From Thermodesulfovibrionia bacterium (GTDB lineage: Bacteria; Nitrospirota; Thermodesulfovibrionia; UBA6902), in the NCBI GenBank assembly GCA_030646035.1, contig JAUSMY010000046.1:73072-137071 (forward strand): 64,000 nt of DNA. The letters are read 5' to 3'. This document shows, one piece after another, positions 9,310 through 20,282 of the stretch; within the stretch, counting starts at the first letter, position 1; each line of letters starts with the position of its first letter. Below the pieces are notes generated by a model. It saw only the letters and a program-made list of their open reading frames with translations. It was not told where the DNA came from and did no database searches. The translations under genes and the position numbers were made by a program.

Positions 9310-11682
9310 ATGAAGACCACATATAAACATAAAATACAAAACATTTTTACAATTTCTGCACTAATTTTATTGTCAACCCTTTCTTTTGCCGCTAAAACCC
9401 AAGCAGCGGCCATGCCTGATTATGCCAGGCTGCAGTCGATAAGCAACAAGCTTCAGGCACCTTCAGGTGTAGCTCTTGATGCTTATGATAATTTATATGT
9501 GACTGATTCTAAAAGCAATAAGCTTGTAATCTACAGCAGTGACGGAACATATATTGACACTATTCATGGTTTTAATGAACCCATTAGTGTCGCAGTTGGG
9601 AATGGCATTATTTATGTAGGAGATAGCGGCAGCGGAACAGTGAAGGTTTATGATAAAAACCGTAACTATATAAATAGTATCGGCAATTTCTTAAAGCCTT
9701 CATCTATAGCAGTTGATGCTGCGGGAAAGATTTATGTTGTGGATTCTGAAAGAGATATGGTTTATGTATACAATTCTGATGGCACTTCCAGTTTTTCATT
9801 CGGCGGCTCCGGCAATACTAACGGACTCTTCCACTATCCTACTGCAATGGCTATTAATGCATCAGCCGGTGAGATTATAGTAACTGACCTTCAGGTAATA
9901 TCATCAGCAGCAGGTACCTTTGAAGGTGCAAGGATTCAGGTTTTTGACATGAGTGGGAACCACAAGCGCAGTTTTGGCGATTACGGTATTGGAGCAAGTA
10001 AGCTGTTCAGGCCTTCCGGTGTGGCTGTTGATGAAGAAGGAAGGGTATATGTGACAGATGTATTCCAGAATGTAGTTCAGGTATATAATAATGATGGTAC
10101 TCATCTTGGCGCGCTTTATGACTCTGCTAATCCTATGAGGACGCCTGTTGATATAACGATCAGCAATAGCAATAAAATTTATGTTGCATCATTTTATACT
10201 TACGGTGTAGAGGTTTATAGAATCACAGATGACAAGCCTGCTTACGCAACTGTTGTTCCTCAGTCTCATGATTTTGGTAGTGCATATGTTGGCAGTTCTT
10301 CAACTACCCAGAAATTCACGGTATATAATATAGGTAATGGAGATTTGCAATTAGGGTCTGTTGTGCTTGCCGGTGCAGATGCGGGCGATTTTATTATTCA
10401 GATTGATTCATGTAATGGAAATAATCTTGTTCCTGCAGGTACATGCGATGTAATAGTTGCCATGTCGCCTGTTTCAGTTGCATCGAAGAGTGCTGAAATT
10501 AATATATTCTCCAATGACCCTTCAAGCCCACTTGTGGTTACTCTGAGCGGCAACGGTGTTGCGGCGCCAAATCAGTCTCCTGTAGCTGATGCAGGCGGGC
10601 CTTATAATGTTAATGAGGGAACAACTGCACTGCTTGATGCCTCAGGTTCATCTGATGCTGATGGTTCAATAGGCACATATTCATGGGACCTTGACAACGA
10701 CGGAGTTTATGAAACGATTGGCAACCCTATGGGATTTGATGCAGCTTCGATTGATGGTCCCCTTGGGCCGTTTACAATAGGTCTTAAGGTTACTGATAAT
10801 CTCGGTGCTACAGGCACAGACAGTACCACTATAATGATAAACAATGTTCCTCCTGCGGCAGATGCCGGAGGGCCTTATTCCGGCTTAACAGGTACTGCTG
10901 TTGTTCTTACAGGTTCATCTGCAGATTCCGGCAGTGCTGATGTTCTTGGTTATGCATGGGATCTTAATGGCGATGGTTCATATGAAACATCCGGCAAGGA
11001 TGTGCAGATAACATATAACACTGTCGGTAATTATACAGTTGGGCTTAGGGTTACAGATGATGACGGCGGTGTTGGTATAGATACAGCACATATTACTGTT
11101 ACCGCTGCAGTAGTTGTAGTACCCGGGATTGATATTTCCCTTAATGCCGGATGGAATCTTGTGGGATGGGTAAGCGATATCGGTTATTATAAGGCTGGCT
11201 CGCAGCCTCTGGTCACAGAATATGCTTCAGGTGCAACAATGAATTCCGTGGCAAATATTGATGCTGCAATGACTGACATAGGGTTGTCTTCAGCAGATTA
11301 TCTGCTAATTATCGGGCCTGAAGGAAAGGTTCATATACCGGGATCTCCATTTAATACGCTTAAAAAGCTGCTTCCTGACAGGGCTTACTGGATATATGCA
11401 AATCAGGATATATTAATAACTCTTCCTGGTAATAAGATTTCAAAGGCTGCTACGAGCACACTTGCAGCAGGCTGGGTGCAGGTTGGTTACAGGGGTGATG
11501 AGGGATTGAATCCTGCAGATGCGTTAAGATGTATTGAAGGTAATTACAATATTGTTGTAAGCGGGAAGGGCAAGCTGTTTATTAAGGGATTCCCATATAA
11601 CAATTTAACTTCACTGCACCAGGGGCAGGGTTACTTCATCTATATGACGACAACAGGGACGTTGACGTATGATTGTCCTTAA
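9310..11682 (+). CDS. secreted NHL-repeat beta-propeller protein with PKD domains
   Basis: A signal peptide is present. Six NHL-type blades carry motifs such as LYVTDSKSNKLVIYSSDGT and IYVVDSERDMVYVYNSDGT. Two PKD-like modules follow (VADAGGPYNVNEGTTALLDASGSSDADGSIGTYSWDLDNDGVYE and AADAGGPYSGLTGTAVVLTGSS...). Confidence 0.8.
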   Translation: MKTTYKHKIQNIFTISALILLSTLSFAAKTQAAAMPDYARLQSISNKLQAPSGVALDAYDNLYVTDSKSNKLVIYSSDGTYIDTIHGFNEPISVAVGNGIIYVGDSGSGTVKVYDKNRNYINSIGNFLKPSSIAVDAAGKIYVVDSERDMVYVYNSDGTSSFSFGGSGNTNGLFHYPTAMAINASAGEIIVTDLQVISSAAGTFEGARIQVFDMSGNHKRSFGDYGIGASKLFRPSGVAVDEEGRVYVTDVFQNVVQVYNNDGTHLGALYDSANPMRTPVDITISNSNKIYVASFYTYGVEVYRITDDKPAYATVVPQSHDFGSAYVGSSSTTQKFTVYNIGNGDLQLGSVVLAGADAGDFIIQIDSCNGNNLVPAGTCDVIVAMSPVSVASKSAEINIFSNDPSSPLVVTLSGNGVAAPNQSPVADAGGPYNVNEGTTALLDASGSSDADGSIGTYSWDLDNDGVYETIGNPMGFDAASIDGPLGPFTIGLKVTDNLGATGTDSTTIMINNVPPAADAGGPYSGLTGTAVVLTGSSADSGSADVLGYAWDLNGDGSYETSGKDVQITYNTVGNYTVGLRVTDDDGGVGIDTAHITVTAAVVVVPGIDISLNAGWNLVGWVSDIGYYKAGSQPLVTEYASGATMNSVANIDAAMTDIGLSSADYLLIIGPEGKVHIPGSPFNTLKKLLPDRAYWIYANQDILITLPGNKISKAATSTLAAGWVQVGYRGDEGLNPADALRCIEGNYNIVVSGKGKLFIKGFPYNNLTSLHQGQGYFIYMTTTGTLTYDCP

Positions 11683-11706
11683 AATAAATTGCTAGGAGAT
11701 AATATT

Positions 11707-12171
11707 ATGAAAAAGAGCATGAAAATATCATTATTAATAGCATCAGTATTGCTCTTTATGGCCAGCCCTATTTATGCCGGCAGTTTTGGCAGTCCTGTCT
11801 CTTCTGTTATAAGCATGCATATTGCCGGTTCATTAACAATAAATGGGAATGCGGCAGCTTTTGGTGATGAAGTTGCCATCTTAGACAACAGTGGAAAGGT
11901 TCTGGGGTTGTTTGTTGTGGATGATGAAGGCGCATACGGTGATATGAATATCTCAGGCGATTATTCAGCAAGCTCTGATGATGAAGGTGCCCAAGAAGGT
12001 GAAATTCTTTATATCAGCGTATGGCAGGCATCTACAGATACTCTTTACTCTGGAAGTGGTGTGAGTATCACAGCGCCATCAGTCGGAGATACGATTTACG
12101 CTCCCTATTCTGAATCTGTACTTCATTTTGAGGGAGGCAGTTTTAACCTCCTTAATATTCAAGCCAGATAA
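11707..12171 (+). CDS. small secreted acidic protein of unknown function
   Basis: An aggag RBS lies at about 11692 with ATG at 11707 (MKKSMKISLLIASVLLFMASPIYA signal peptide). The ORF-track start at 11689 would include the RBS. Confidence 0.5.
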   Translation: MKKSMKISLLIASVLLFMASPIYAGSFGSPVSSVISMHIAGSLTINGNAAAFGDEVAILDNSGKVLGLFVVDDEGAYGDMNISGDYSASSDDEGAQEGEILYISVWQASTDTLYSGSGVSITAPSVGDTIYAPYSESVLHFEGGSFNLLNIQAR

Positions 12172-12196
12172 TCTCAGGTAATATGAGGATATAACT

Positions 12197-15100
12197 ATGA
12201 TAAAAAACATCAAAAAAAGGGCAATACTATTACTTGTAATTTGTTTGGCATTAATATCATCTTTTGCATATTCTCTTGACGCTCCGCACTCACCTGCAAA
12301 CCTGCAGGATTGTGCGACTTGTCATGATTTCTCCAGTTCTAATCCTTATCTTATGACTGACTGGACTGGTGGATATACGATGCAAGATGATGATGACACC
12401 CCATTAAATCACCTATGCAGAAGCTGTCATTACGGAGGCGGATCCGCCCCTGCGCATGATACGCATTCCTATCTCGGAGTTGGATATTCATCATCTACCG
12501 CAAGCCCCTATGGAGGCTGGCAGGTTAGATGCTCCACCTGTCATAACCCTCATTACCAAGATCAGGCCAAGGCATACATTAAGACAGGCGATACATACTG
12601 GAAGGTCAAATTGATTGTAGGGACAGTTATTTCATCTGCCACTTCTTCAACCATTCAGGCATCGGTTAATCCTGCTTGGGCTACTAATGCATATGTTGGT
12701 ATGCATGTTATACCTGATGTCAATACAAAGTACCCTGTTTCATATAAAATTACAGCCAATACATCAGATACTTTAACAGTAAAAGGGCCGCTTAACCCTG
12801 CTACAGGATTACCCGGTAAAACATTTGCAATATTTCGTGGAAAGCTTATCAGGAACCAGATAAAGCTTAATGATATTGTCAATCAAGAGGTTTCACAAAC
12901 AGGCAGAATGACTGTCAGGTTCTTTAATGCTTCCGGCACGAAATCATTTGCAGACGGAGATACAACATATGATGGTATATGTGAGGTTTGTCATAATCAG
13001 ACTTCACACTTCAGAAATTCCGGTTCTGCTCCGGATCAAAATCATACTCTTTTAGGCTCAGGCATCCCCGGTCAAAATTGTACCGGTGCTTGTCATGTGT
13101 CAAGTGACGGGTTCCAGCCGTCAGGATGCAGTTCCTGTCATGGCTATCCAGTAGATACAGGCTCATTGATCTCATTGGATAAAACAGGAGCATCTGCTAC
13201 AAGCGATTCTCAGGGCCCTGGCGCGCATATTGCGCATAACACCAAATTTGAATGTACCAACTGTCACACCGGAGGCATGATTGGCGGTGCTTCTCAGGGT
13301 GATGACCTCATTAACATAGGTTTTTATCTTAATAGTAATCTGGGCGGTAATTATGACGGTACTGCATCAAGAACAGTATTTAATTATGTCGGTTCAGCGT
13401 CTACAACGGTTACAACATTAGGGACTTTGCAGTGTTCAAATTTATATTGTCATAGTACGGGGCAGTCTTCAAACGGGGCTTCTCCTATTCCTTCATCTTA
13501 TGCTGCACCGGCATGGAATGGAACCGCAGTCTGCGGCACCTGTCATGCGAAAGCTGAAGGAGAAGGTCTTACCAGCGGATCTCACGGAGCGCATCTTGGA
13601 ACAGCAGGAGTCAACGGCTGTGCTGACTGTCATACCGGAGCGGCAAACGACGCATCTACATATAATTCAGCTAATCACGTAAATAGATTAATAGATGTTG
13701 CAAACACATATGGTGCCGCAGGCGCTCCGGGTAACGGATACGGCACATGTTCAGCAGCAAGCTGTCATTCCAATGTATATACCTCAGGCACAATAGCGAC
13801 ACCGGTATGGGGCAGCACAGACAACGGATGTTCGGCATGTCATACCACAGTGATAGATGCAACAGGCCCGGCAACAGGCGGCCATGCGTTACACGCCGAG
13901 ACAACCTGTACGCTCTGCCATAATGCAGGCACAACTTCAGCAACCATGCCGTCAACTGAACATGCGGATGGAGACATAGACACAAACAATGTCGGTTATT
14001 CAGACAATAAGGCCAAAGGCAGCATATACACAACATGTTCAACAGCAAGCTGCCATGCAAATGTCTACGCATCAGGAACAATACCAACACCGATATGGGG
14101 CAGCACAGGCAACGGATGTTCAGCATGTCATACACCAGCGATAGACCCAACAGGCCCGGCAACAGGCAGCCACAGCGCACACATGTCTGCAACTGTAAAG
14201 GTTAACGGCAGCAGCATCGTCTGCGTCAACTGCCATAACGCAGGCACGACCTCAGCAACCAAGCCGTCAACAGAGCATGCTGACGGAGACATAGACACAT
14301 CAGCCAGCTTAGGCTACACAGACAACAAGGCTAAGGGCAGCGCACCCACAACCTGTTCAACGGCATACTGTCATACAAACGGCCAGGATGCTTCTGGCAC
14401 AACAATTACGCAGAAGGTAACGGCAACATGGGGAACACCAGCCACATGTACAACATGCCATGACTTCAACGGTTCAATGCAGCCCACAACGGCAAATCAT
14501 ACAACACATATAACACGCACAGGAGGCACATGTGTGCAGTGTCATGATGTTTATGGAGATAACACAACAGAGCCTGATCTTAATTCACCTCTTCATATTA
14601 ATAATGTAATCAACGTTGCGCAGGGCGGAGTTGTAACCTTCGGTTATGATGGCAACGGTTCCGGCAATCATGCACCCGGATATGGTTATGGATCATGTTC
14701 AACGGTCTCCTGCCACGGTGGCGGCGCAACAAGAACATGGGGACAGATGGGTGACGCATGTGAAGACTGTCACTCTAACCTTGGCGGGCCTTCAGGCAGC
14801 GACAGGGGTCATGGTTTCCATGTTCAGACAGCATATATTGGAGCAATTACTGCAAGTTCATACGGTGACTATACCGGCAATGACTGGTACGCATATAGCA
14901 ATACAGGCGGAACTCCTGATATGGGTTGCGGATTCTGTCATCCGCAGTCAGACGCTACACATAATAACGGAGTTGTTAACCTGAACTTTGATCCATCAGA
15001 CACAGGGGCTTCTGCCACATTGAAGTTTAAGAATGATGCTTCCTCAACCTATGCTCAAACAGAGCGTACAAGCGTAACCTGCTCGAGCGTGTACTGTCAT

Positions 15101-15772
15101 AGTGACGGTTACGCAAATCCTGGTTATGGATATCAGACATCTCCTGAATGGTTTCTAGGTAACTTTGTCGGTGATAAGTGTGATGACTGTCACGGCAACT
15201 CACCGGCCAGTAATTCACACGACAGCCATGTTGTTGGCATACATTATGAAGGTGTTTACACAGGTTCAACAGGTCTCGCATCTGCCGGATCAGGTAATAC
15301 AAACGCTCACGGAAGTTCATCATACTCAACAACAATAAGCTGCAGCACATGTCACAACAGCACCGTGACACAGACTGCAAATGCCGGAAACAATACTTGT
15401 ACAATATGCCACACTGATACTAATTCACCGGCAACCGGCAACGAGTTCGCTGTTATATACGCTTCCGCCACAACCCATATTAACGGGACGCCGGATATAG
15501 CGTTCAATGCGATCAATGTTAAGTCAAAGGCTCAGCTTAGAGATAACACGCAAATTATTACTGATCTTGATGAGACATGGGTCAGGTCTGGCGCTTATAA
15601 GGTGCCTGGGTCATATGACCTTGCGAATAACGCTCTTAATACTGCCATAATGTTTGACAGGGTAAGCAGCACATGTTCAACAGTCGCCTGTCATAATGGC
15701 AACTCGGTTAAATGGGGCGATACAGGCATAAGCTGTAATAACTGTCACACAGATATCCCAAACTTAAATTAG
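12197..15772 (+). CDS. giant secreted multiheme cytochrome c (about 28 heme motifs), doubled CX4CH...CXXCH (Geobacter-type paired motif) family
   Basis: An N-terminal signal or anchor is present. I count 28 CXXCH-class motifs by eye, including CX3CH (CTGACH) and recurrent CX4CH ... CXXCH pairs, for example CSTASCH followed about 27 aa later by CSACH. Low complexity and a rich Gly/Thr/Ser content suggest an extracellular beta-rich protein. Confidence 0.9.
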   Translation: MIKNIKKRAILLLVICLALISSFAYSLDAPHSPANLQDCATCHDFSSSNPYLMTDWTGGYTMQDDDDTPLNHLCRSCHYGGGSAPAHDTHSYLGVGYSSSTASPYGGWQVRCSTCHNPHYQDQAKAYIKTGDTYWKVKLIVGTVISSATSSTIQASVNPAWATNAYVGMHVIPDVNTKYPVSYKITANTSDTLTVKGPLNPATGLPGKTFAIFRGKLIRNQIKLNDIVNQEVSQTGRMTVRFFNASGTKSFADGDTTYDGICEVCHNQTSHFRNSGSAPDQNHTLLGSGIPGQNCTGACHVSSDGFQPSGCSSCHGYPVDTGSLISLDKTGASATSDSQGPGAHIAHNTKFECTNCHTGGMIGGASQGDDLINIGFYLNSNLGGNYDGTASRTVFNYVGSASTTVTTLGTLQCSNLYCHSTGQSSNGASPIPSSYAAPAWNGTAVCGTCHAKAEGEGLTSGSHGAHLGTAGVNGCADCHTGAANDASTYNSANHVNRLIDVANTYGAAGAPGNGYGTCSAASCHSNVYTSGTIATPVWGSTDNGCSACHTTVIDATGPATGGHALHAETTCTLCHNAGTTSATMPSTEHADGDIDTNNVGYSDNKAKGSIYTTCSTASCHANVYASGTIPTPIWGSTGNGCSACHTPAIDPTGPATGSHSAHMSATVKVNGSSIVCVNCHNAGTTSATKPSTEHADGDIDTSASLGYTDNKAKGSAPTTCSTAYCHTNGQDASGTTITQKVTATWGTPATCTTCHDFNGSMQPTTANHTTHITRTGGTCVQCHDVYGDNTTEPDLNSPLHINNVINVAQGGVVTFGYDGNGSGNHAPGYGYGSCSTVSCHGGGATRTWGQMGDACEDCHSNLGGPSGSDRGHGFHVQTAYIGAITASSYGDYTGNDWYAYSNTGGTPDMGCGFCHPQSDATHNNGVVNLNFDPSDTGASATLKFKNDASSTYAQTERTSVTCSSVYCHSDGYANPGYGYQTSPEWFLGNFVGDKCDDCHGNSPASNSHDSHVVGIHYEGVYTGSTGLASAGSGNTNAHGSSSYSTTISCSTCHNSTVTQTANAGNNTCTICHTDTNSPATGNEFAVIYASATTHINGTPDIAFNAINVKSKAQLRDNTQIITDLDETWVRSGAYKVPGSYDLANNALNTAIMFDRVSSTCSTVACHNGNSVKWGDTGISCNNCHTDIPNLN

Positions 15773-15782
15773 GTGATCTGAG

Positions 15783-18700
15783 ATGATTAAAATAAATAAT
15801 AGATCTAAGGGAAACGGTAAAATGATGAAGACAAAAAGATTCAATAATACAGGGCCGGTGCTATTCATTGTTCTTTCAATGGTTTTGGCTGTTTTCATTA
15901 CCGGTGCGGCTTTTGCTGCAAATCCAGATCTCCCCGTAGGTCCTGAACAGTACGTAAGTAAAGGCGATATAGCAATAACTCAGGGGGGGACAACCGACGA
16001 GAGCACTATCAGGATAAAGGCTTCCGTCTCCGACCCGGATCTTAATAATGTTCAAATCCAGGTTGAGATAATAGATAGTTCAGCCTCATATACTAATACG
16101 CCGAACTGCGCCAGCAGTTTTGTTTTAAATGAAGAGGTCGCAACCGCATCCTGCACCGGCCTTCAAGTGGGAACGTCATATAAATGGCAGGTAAGGGCAA
16201 ATGACGGCACAGGCACAAGTGCCTGGGTTCAGTTTGGAGCTACAAACCCTGATGTTACAATCTCTTCTAACCGTATATTGCATAACAGCGCTAATCTCGG
16301 TAATGCATCATATGGGGCATGGGGTGTTGACGGTGGGAAATATGGTGAGTTTGTCTGCGCGACATGCCATACAAAATCAGGCTCAACAACAAATATAAAG
16401 ATGGTAAAGCAAACCATCACTTCGCCTAATGCCTCGGATACATGGCCGAACGGCAGTATAAATACAGGATCTATAATCTTCACGTCAGCAACTGGTACGT
16501 ACGCTGATACAGGAGACGCAAGCTCTACCGGCGGTTGGACTGGAGTCTGTAATGTTTGTCATGACAATGCAAATCATGATCACTACTCCTATAATTCATC
16601 TGACGGGCATCTCGCGGGGCAGGATTGCAATGAGTGTCACCGTCATTCAGTAGGTTATAAGGTAGCATGTGATACATGTCACGGACAGCCTCCTATTATG
16701 TCAGACACAATCAACACAATGGTAAGTATACCAGGGACAACAGGCTCAGCTATTGCCGGAGCGCATAATTTACACGTAAACACCAAGTCATATATTTGTG
16801 ACACCTGTCACTATAATAATATTTCCTCTGTTGAGCATAATAATGGCGGTTCACGAGATATATCTATTGGATTTTATATTGCAAGCGGCAGTATTCAGGG
16901 TGGAAATTATAATGGCCAGTCAGGCGTAGGATATGACGCTTTAACCACAAGTGCTCCAACTACCGTAACTACACCTGCAACCGGCGCTAAGACATGCACA
17001 GTTTACTGTCATAGTTCTGTTCAGTCTGCTGATGGAAGCTCAACTGAGCCTGCATTTTATGCGGCTCCTGTATGGGACAGTAATGTAGTTTGCGGCGGCT
17101 GTCATAAAACTAATGCTCCATATGAAATGATCGATACAGGCAGTCATGTTCAACATCTAACAATAAGTGGAGTAAATGGTTGCGGAGACTGTCATACAGG
17201 AGCGTCAAATGATGCTTCATCATATGCTTCTTCAACACATGTTAACTTTTTAATTGACGTAGCTAACTCATATTCTGCAGGCGGCGCCCGAGGCAATGGC
17301 TATGGAACATGCGCTGAAGCGGCCTGTCATAATGATGGCACAACTAATTCTCTAAGTTCTCCTACATGGGGAAACATTACACCGATGTGTTCACAATGTC
17401 ATGGCGCTGCACCGGCAACAGGCAGCCATACGGCTCACCTTACTACAACAGTTAATGGCAGCAGTATAGTCTGCGGAAATTGTCATAAAGATGCGGTACA
17501 GTCAGTGTCACCGCCTTCGTCCCCCGACCATCTTGACGGTAATGTTGACGTAAAGGATGTAGTTGACGGTGACCTTGGCTATCCGGCCAATGTAGCAAAG
17601 CATACTTCGGGTTCTGGATATTCAGCATGTACAAACGCAAGTTGCCATGTAAGCGCATACGGTACCGGTATGATAACCACGGAAATATGGGGAACGACCT
17701 CCACTTGTGGAACCTGTCATACAATAGATGTCAATGGCGCGCCTGCTACCGGAAGTCATGATAAACATCTCGCATCCAGCGCATTATGCGGTAACTGCCA
17801 TAATGGCTCTGTAAAGGATACAAGCGGCGGTACAGCGCATATTGACGGCAACATTGATGTAACAAATAACTATGCATCAAATGTCGCAAAACATGCTGCA
17901 GGCTCAGGATATTCATCATGCTCTTCTATATACTGCCACAGCAATGTACAGGCTCCGGGTGGAGCTTCAGGCGCTACAATATTCGCAACGCCTACATGGG
18001 GCTCAGGCGCTTTGTCCTGTTCAAGCTGTCATACAGATATGTCCACAACGGAAGACCTTACTCTCGGCACACATAAGAGGCATACAAATACACCGGGTGT
18101 CGCGCAATTTGCATGTTCTATGTGCCATGGGATCGGATACTCGTCAGCTACTGTAACTTATCCGCCTCATGTTAATAACAATATTGACCTGTCATTCACA
18201 GGCCAGGCCTCAGGGACATACTACTCTCAGGTAGGATCAAATCCTCCGGGCAATGGTTACGGCACCTGTTCAACAAGTAATTGCCATGGCCGCGGGACTA
18301 AGAACTGGGGTTTTTCCACAGAATCTCCGACATGTGAGAAGTGCCATGGTTCAGCAGATACAGCATCAGCAACCTTAGCATTCAAGGATACTGCCGGCAG
18401 CACAGGAAGTGTATATGCCGGCACACACGTATCGCATATTGTAGGTATACATAACTATTCAATACCTATTACATGTGATAAGTGTCATATTACGCCGACA
18501 AACCCGTCTGATGCTGGTCACAATGATACGGCAGTGCCTGCCGAACTCACTTTTGCCAGCATGGCAACGCATAATAGATTGGTTGGAACAGTATATACAT
18601 CTGCAATGGCGCCGACATACTCTGGAAGTCCGACAAGGCAGTGTTCAAATACTTATTGTCATGCAGGAGTTCGTGCAACTAATGATGGCGGTGACGACCT

Positions 18701-20219
18701 CGGGCCTGATGGATCTGGGCCGAGTCCTGTATGGGGAGACCCTGCTTATCTTGGCGGCTCAGGTTGCGGTAAATGTCATGGAAATCCTCCTGCATATCCG
18801 CATGAGAATTATTCAGCAAACTGTACTGCTTGCCATACACATGTGGCAGGTAATAACATTGGATTTACTGATAAGACCAAGCATTTGAACGGCTCTCTGG
18901 AATGGGATGTTGACGCGTGTATAGATTGTCATTCCTTTGAGAGCAGCAGGCCGCTGATCGGCGCGCATGTATTGCACACTGATCCGGATTATATGCTTTC
19001 CACTTTCCAATTCTCCGGAACTGCTACAGGCGGAACTACAACTACACTCGAAGACACTTCGCAGAGTTGGGTTGTTAATATTTTGGTTGGAAAGTATGTC
19101 AGACTAAATAGCGGTTCAAATATCTATGACCAGGCTAAAATCACTGCAAATACAGCTACAACAATAACAATTGCTGCGGCATTGCCTTTCAGTATCGCAA
19201 ATGGCAACACTTATGAAGTACGCGCTGCCAAGCTGTTGACTGCTGGAGATTATGGTGATCCGTCATGGATATATAGCATATCGTACAAGAATGGCTTCCC
19301 GAAATATGCCTGCGGCACATGTCATCCTATGGATGATCCTACAATACGTAATAACGGCATAGTTGAGCTTGACCTGGATCCGTCACATGCAGCAGCAGGG
19401 ACAGTTAAAACGAAGAACGCTCCGATTGGCCCGTACCCGCCGATGAGCAGCACTGGCGAGTGGTTCCAGCGGACTACTGGAGTGAGTGTTATATGTAATG
19501 GTATATATTGCCACAGCAATGGATATGTGACTTCAGGTACTTATGCTTTTAAGGAGACTCCTGACTGGTACGATGTCACAATTACTGCAAGCGGTACAGT
19601 TACTTCTGAGCCATGGAGTTCTGTTGACAGGTGTGCTCAGTGCCACGGCAACTCTCCTAACACCGGAGGGACCGAGGGCTCGACAGCTCACGCAAAGCAT
19701 GTTGTGGGCGTACATTACAAGGATCTATACTCCGGCACTACCGGTGAGATGAGCGCAACCGGCTCGTCAGGCGCGGCACACGGAGATCCATTGTCCTCAA
19801 CAACAATTAACTGTAATATATGCCATAGCAATACGGTTTCAGACGGGTTTAATGACAAGAACACGATTTGTTCAACCTGTCATACTGCTTCTCCAGAGGG
19901 TACTATGTACGTTAAGCTGGATAATCAATCGCACATTAACGGAACAGTTAACGTATCATTTGCAAGCGCCACTACTATAAAGTCAAGGGCGCAGGTACGC
20001 GACTACATTACGACAGTTACCGAGATCAATAACAACTGGACCAGGACTAACGGGTACAAGGCGTCTAATTCATATGATACTACTGAAGCCAGTAAGAGTA
20101 CTCCGAATTACAGTGCGGGCACATGTCTGACAACTGCCTGCCATAATGGCACCCCGATGGAATGGGAGCAGGCCGGTCCGCTCTCCTGTAATGCATGCCA
20201 TAAGGGGCTGGCACAGTAG
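15783..20219 (+). CDS. giant secreted multiheme cytochrome c (about 31 heme motifs)
   Basis: An aggtga RBS is present. I count 31 heme motifs (CATCH, CNVCH, CTVYCH, CAEAACH and others). It shares an N-terminal NRILHNS...GG(K/R)YGEF.C.TCH module with ORF 20283 and a C-terminal C(S/L)T.ACHNG...C.N/ACH module with ORF 12197. Confidence 0.9.
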   Translation: MIKINNRSKGNGKMMKTKRFNNTGPVLFIVLSMVLAVFITGAAFAANPDLPVGPEQYVSKGDIAITQGGTTDESTIRIKASVSDPDLNNVQIQVEIIDSSASYTNTPNCASSFVLNEEVATASCTGLQVGTSYKWQVRANDGTGTSAWVQFGATNPDVTISSNRILHNSANLGNASYGAWGVDGGKYGEFVCATCHTKSGSTTNIKMVKQTITSPNASDTWPNGSINTGSIIFTSATGTYADTGDASSTGGWTGVCNVCHDNANHDHYSYNSSDGHLAGQDCNECHRHSVGYKVACDTCHGQPPIMSDTINTMVSIPGTTGSAIAGAHNLHVNTKSYICDTCHYNNISSVEHNNGGSRDISIGFYIASGSIQGGNYNGQSGVGYDALTTSAPTTVTTPATGAKTCTVYCHSSVQSADGSSTEPAFYAAPVWDSNVVCGGCHKTNAPYEMIDTGSHVQHLTISGVNGCGDCHTGASNDASSYASSTHVNFLIDVANSYSAGGARGNGYGTCAEAACHNDGTTNSLSSPTWGNITPMCSQCHGAAPATGSHTAHLTTTVNGSSIVCGNCHKDAVQSVSPPSSPDHLDGNVDVKDVVDGDLGYPANVAKHTSGSGYSACTNASCHVSAYGTGMITTEIWGTTSTCGTCHTIDVNGAPATGSHDKHLASSALCGNCHNGSVKDTSGGTAHIDGNIDVTNNYASNVAKHAAGSGYSSCSSIYCHSNVQAPGGASGATIFATPTWGSGALSCSSCHTDMSTTEDLTLGTHKRHTNTPGVAQFACSMCHGIGYSSATVTYPPHVNNNIDLSFTGQASGTYYSQVGSNPPGNGYGTCSTSNCHGRGTKNWGFSTESPTCEKCHGSADTASATLAFKDTAGSTGSVYAGTHVSHIVGIHNYSIPITCDKCHITPTNPSDAGHNDTAVPAELTFASMATHNRLVGTVYTSAMAPTYSGSPTRQCSNTYCHAGVRATNDGGDDLGPDGSGPSPVWGDPAYLGGSGCGKCHGNPPAYPHENYSANCTACHTHVAGNNIGFTDKTKHLNGSLEWDVDACIDCHSFESSRPLIGAHVLHTDPDYMLSTFQFSGTATGGTTTTLEDTSQSWVVNILVGKYVRLNSGSNIYDQAKITANTATTITIAAALPFSIANGNTYEVRAAKLLTAGDYGDPSWIYSISYKNGFPKYACGTCHPMDDPTIRNNGIVELDLDPSHAAAGTVKTKNAPIGPYPPMSSTGEWFQRTTGVSVICNGIYCHSNGYVTSGTYAFKETPDWYDVTITASGTVTSEPWSSVDRCAQCHGNSPNTGGTEGSTAHAKHVVGVHYKDLYSGTTGEMSATGSSGAAHGDPLSSTTINCNICHSNTVSDGFNDKNTICSTCHTASPEGTMYVKLDNQSHINGTVNVSFASATTIKSRAQVRDYITTVTEINNNWTRTNGYKASNSYDTTEASKSTPNYSAGTCLTTACHNGTPMEWEQAGPLSCNACHKGLAQ

Positions 20220-20282
20220 GTTTATGACGAATATGCGAATGATAATAATTGAAAATAGAATACAAAGTGAGGAGAGATCAGT

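Noticed and set aside
13671-14192. 173-aa Cys-rich minus-strand ORF, plus many other 60-110-aa ORFs on both strands inside the four cytochrome genes (for example 14646-14984, 17872-18156, 18475-18888, 28404-28670)
   Set aside because: They lie antisense to or out of frame with long, motif-rich cytochrome CDSs. They have no RBS, and their composition mirrors the repetitive heme-motif codons. These are shadow ORFs.
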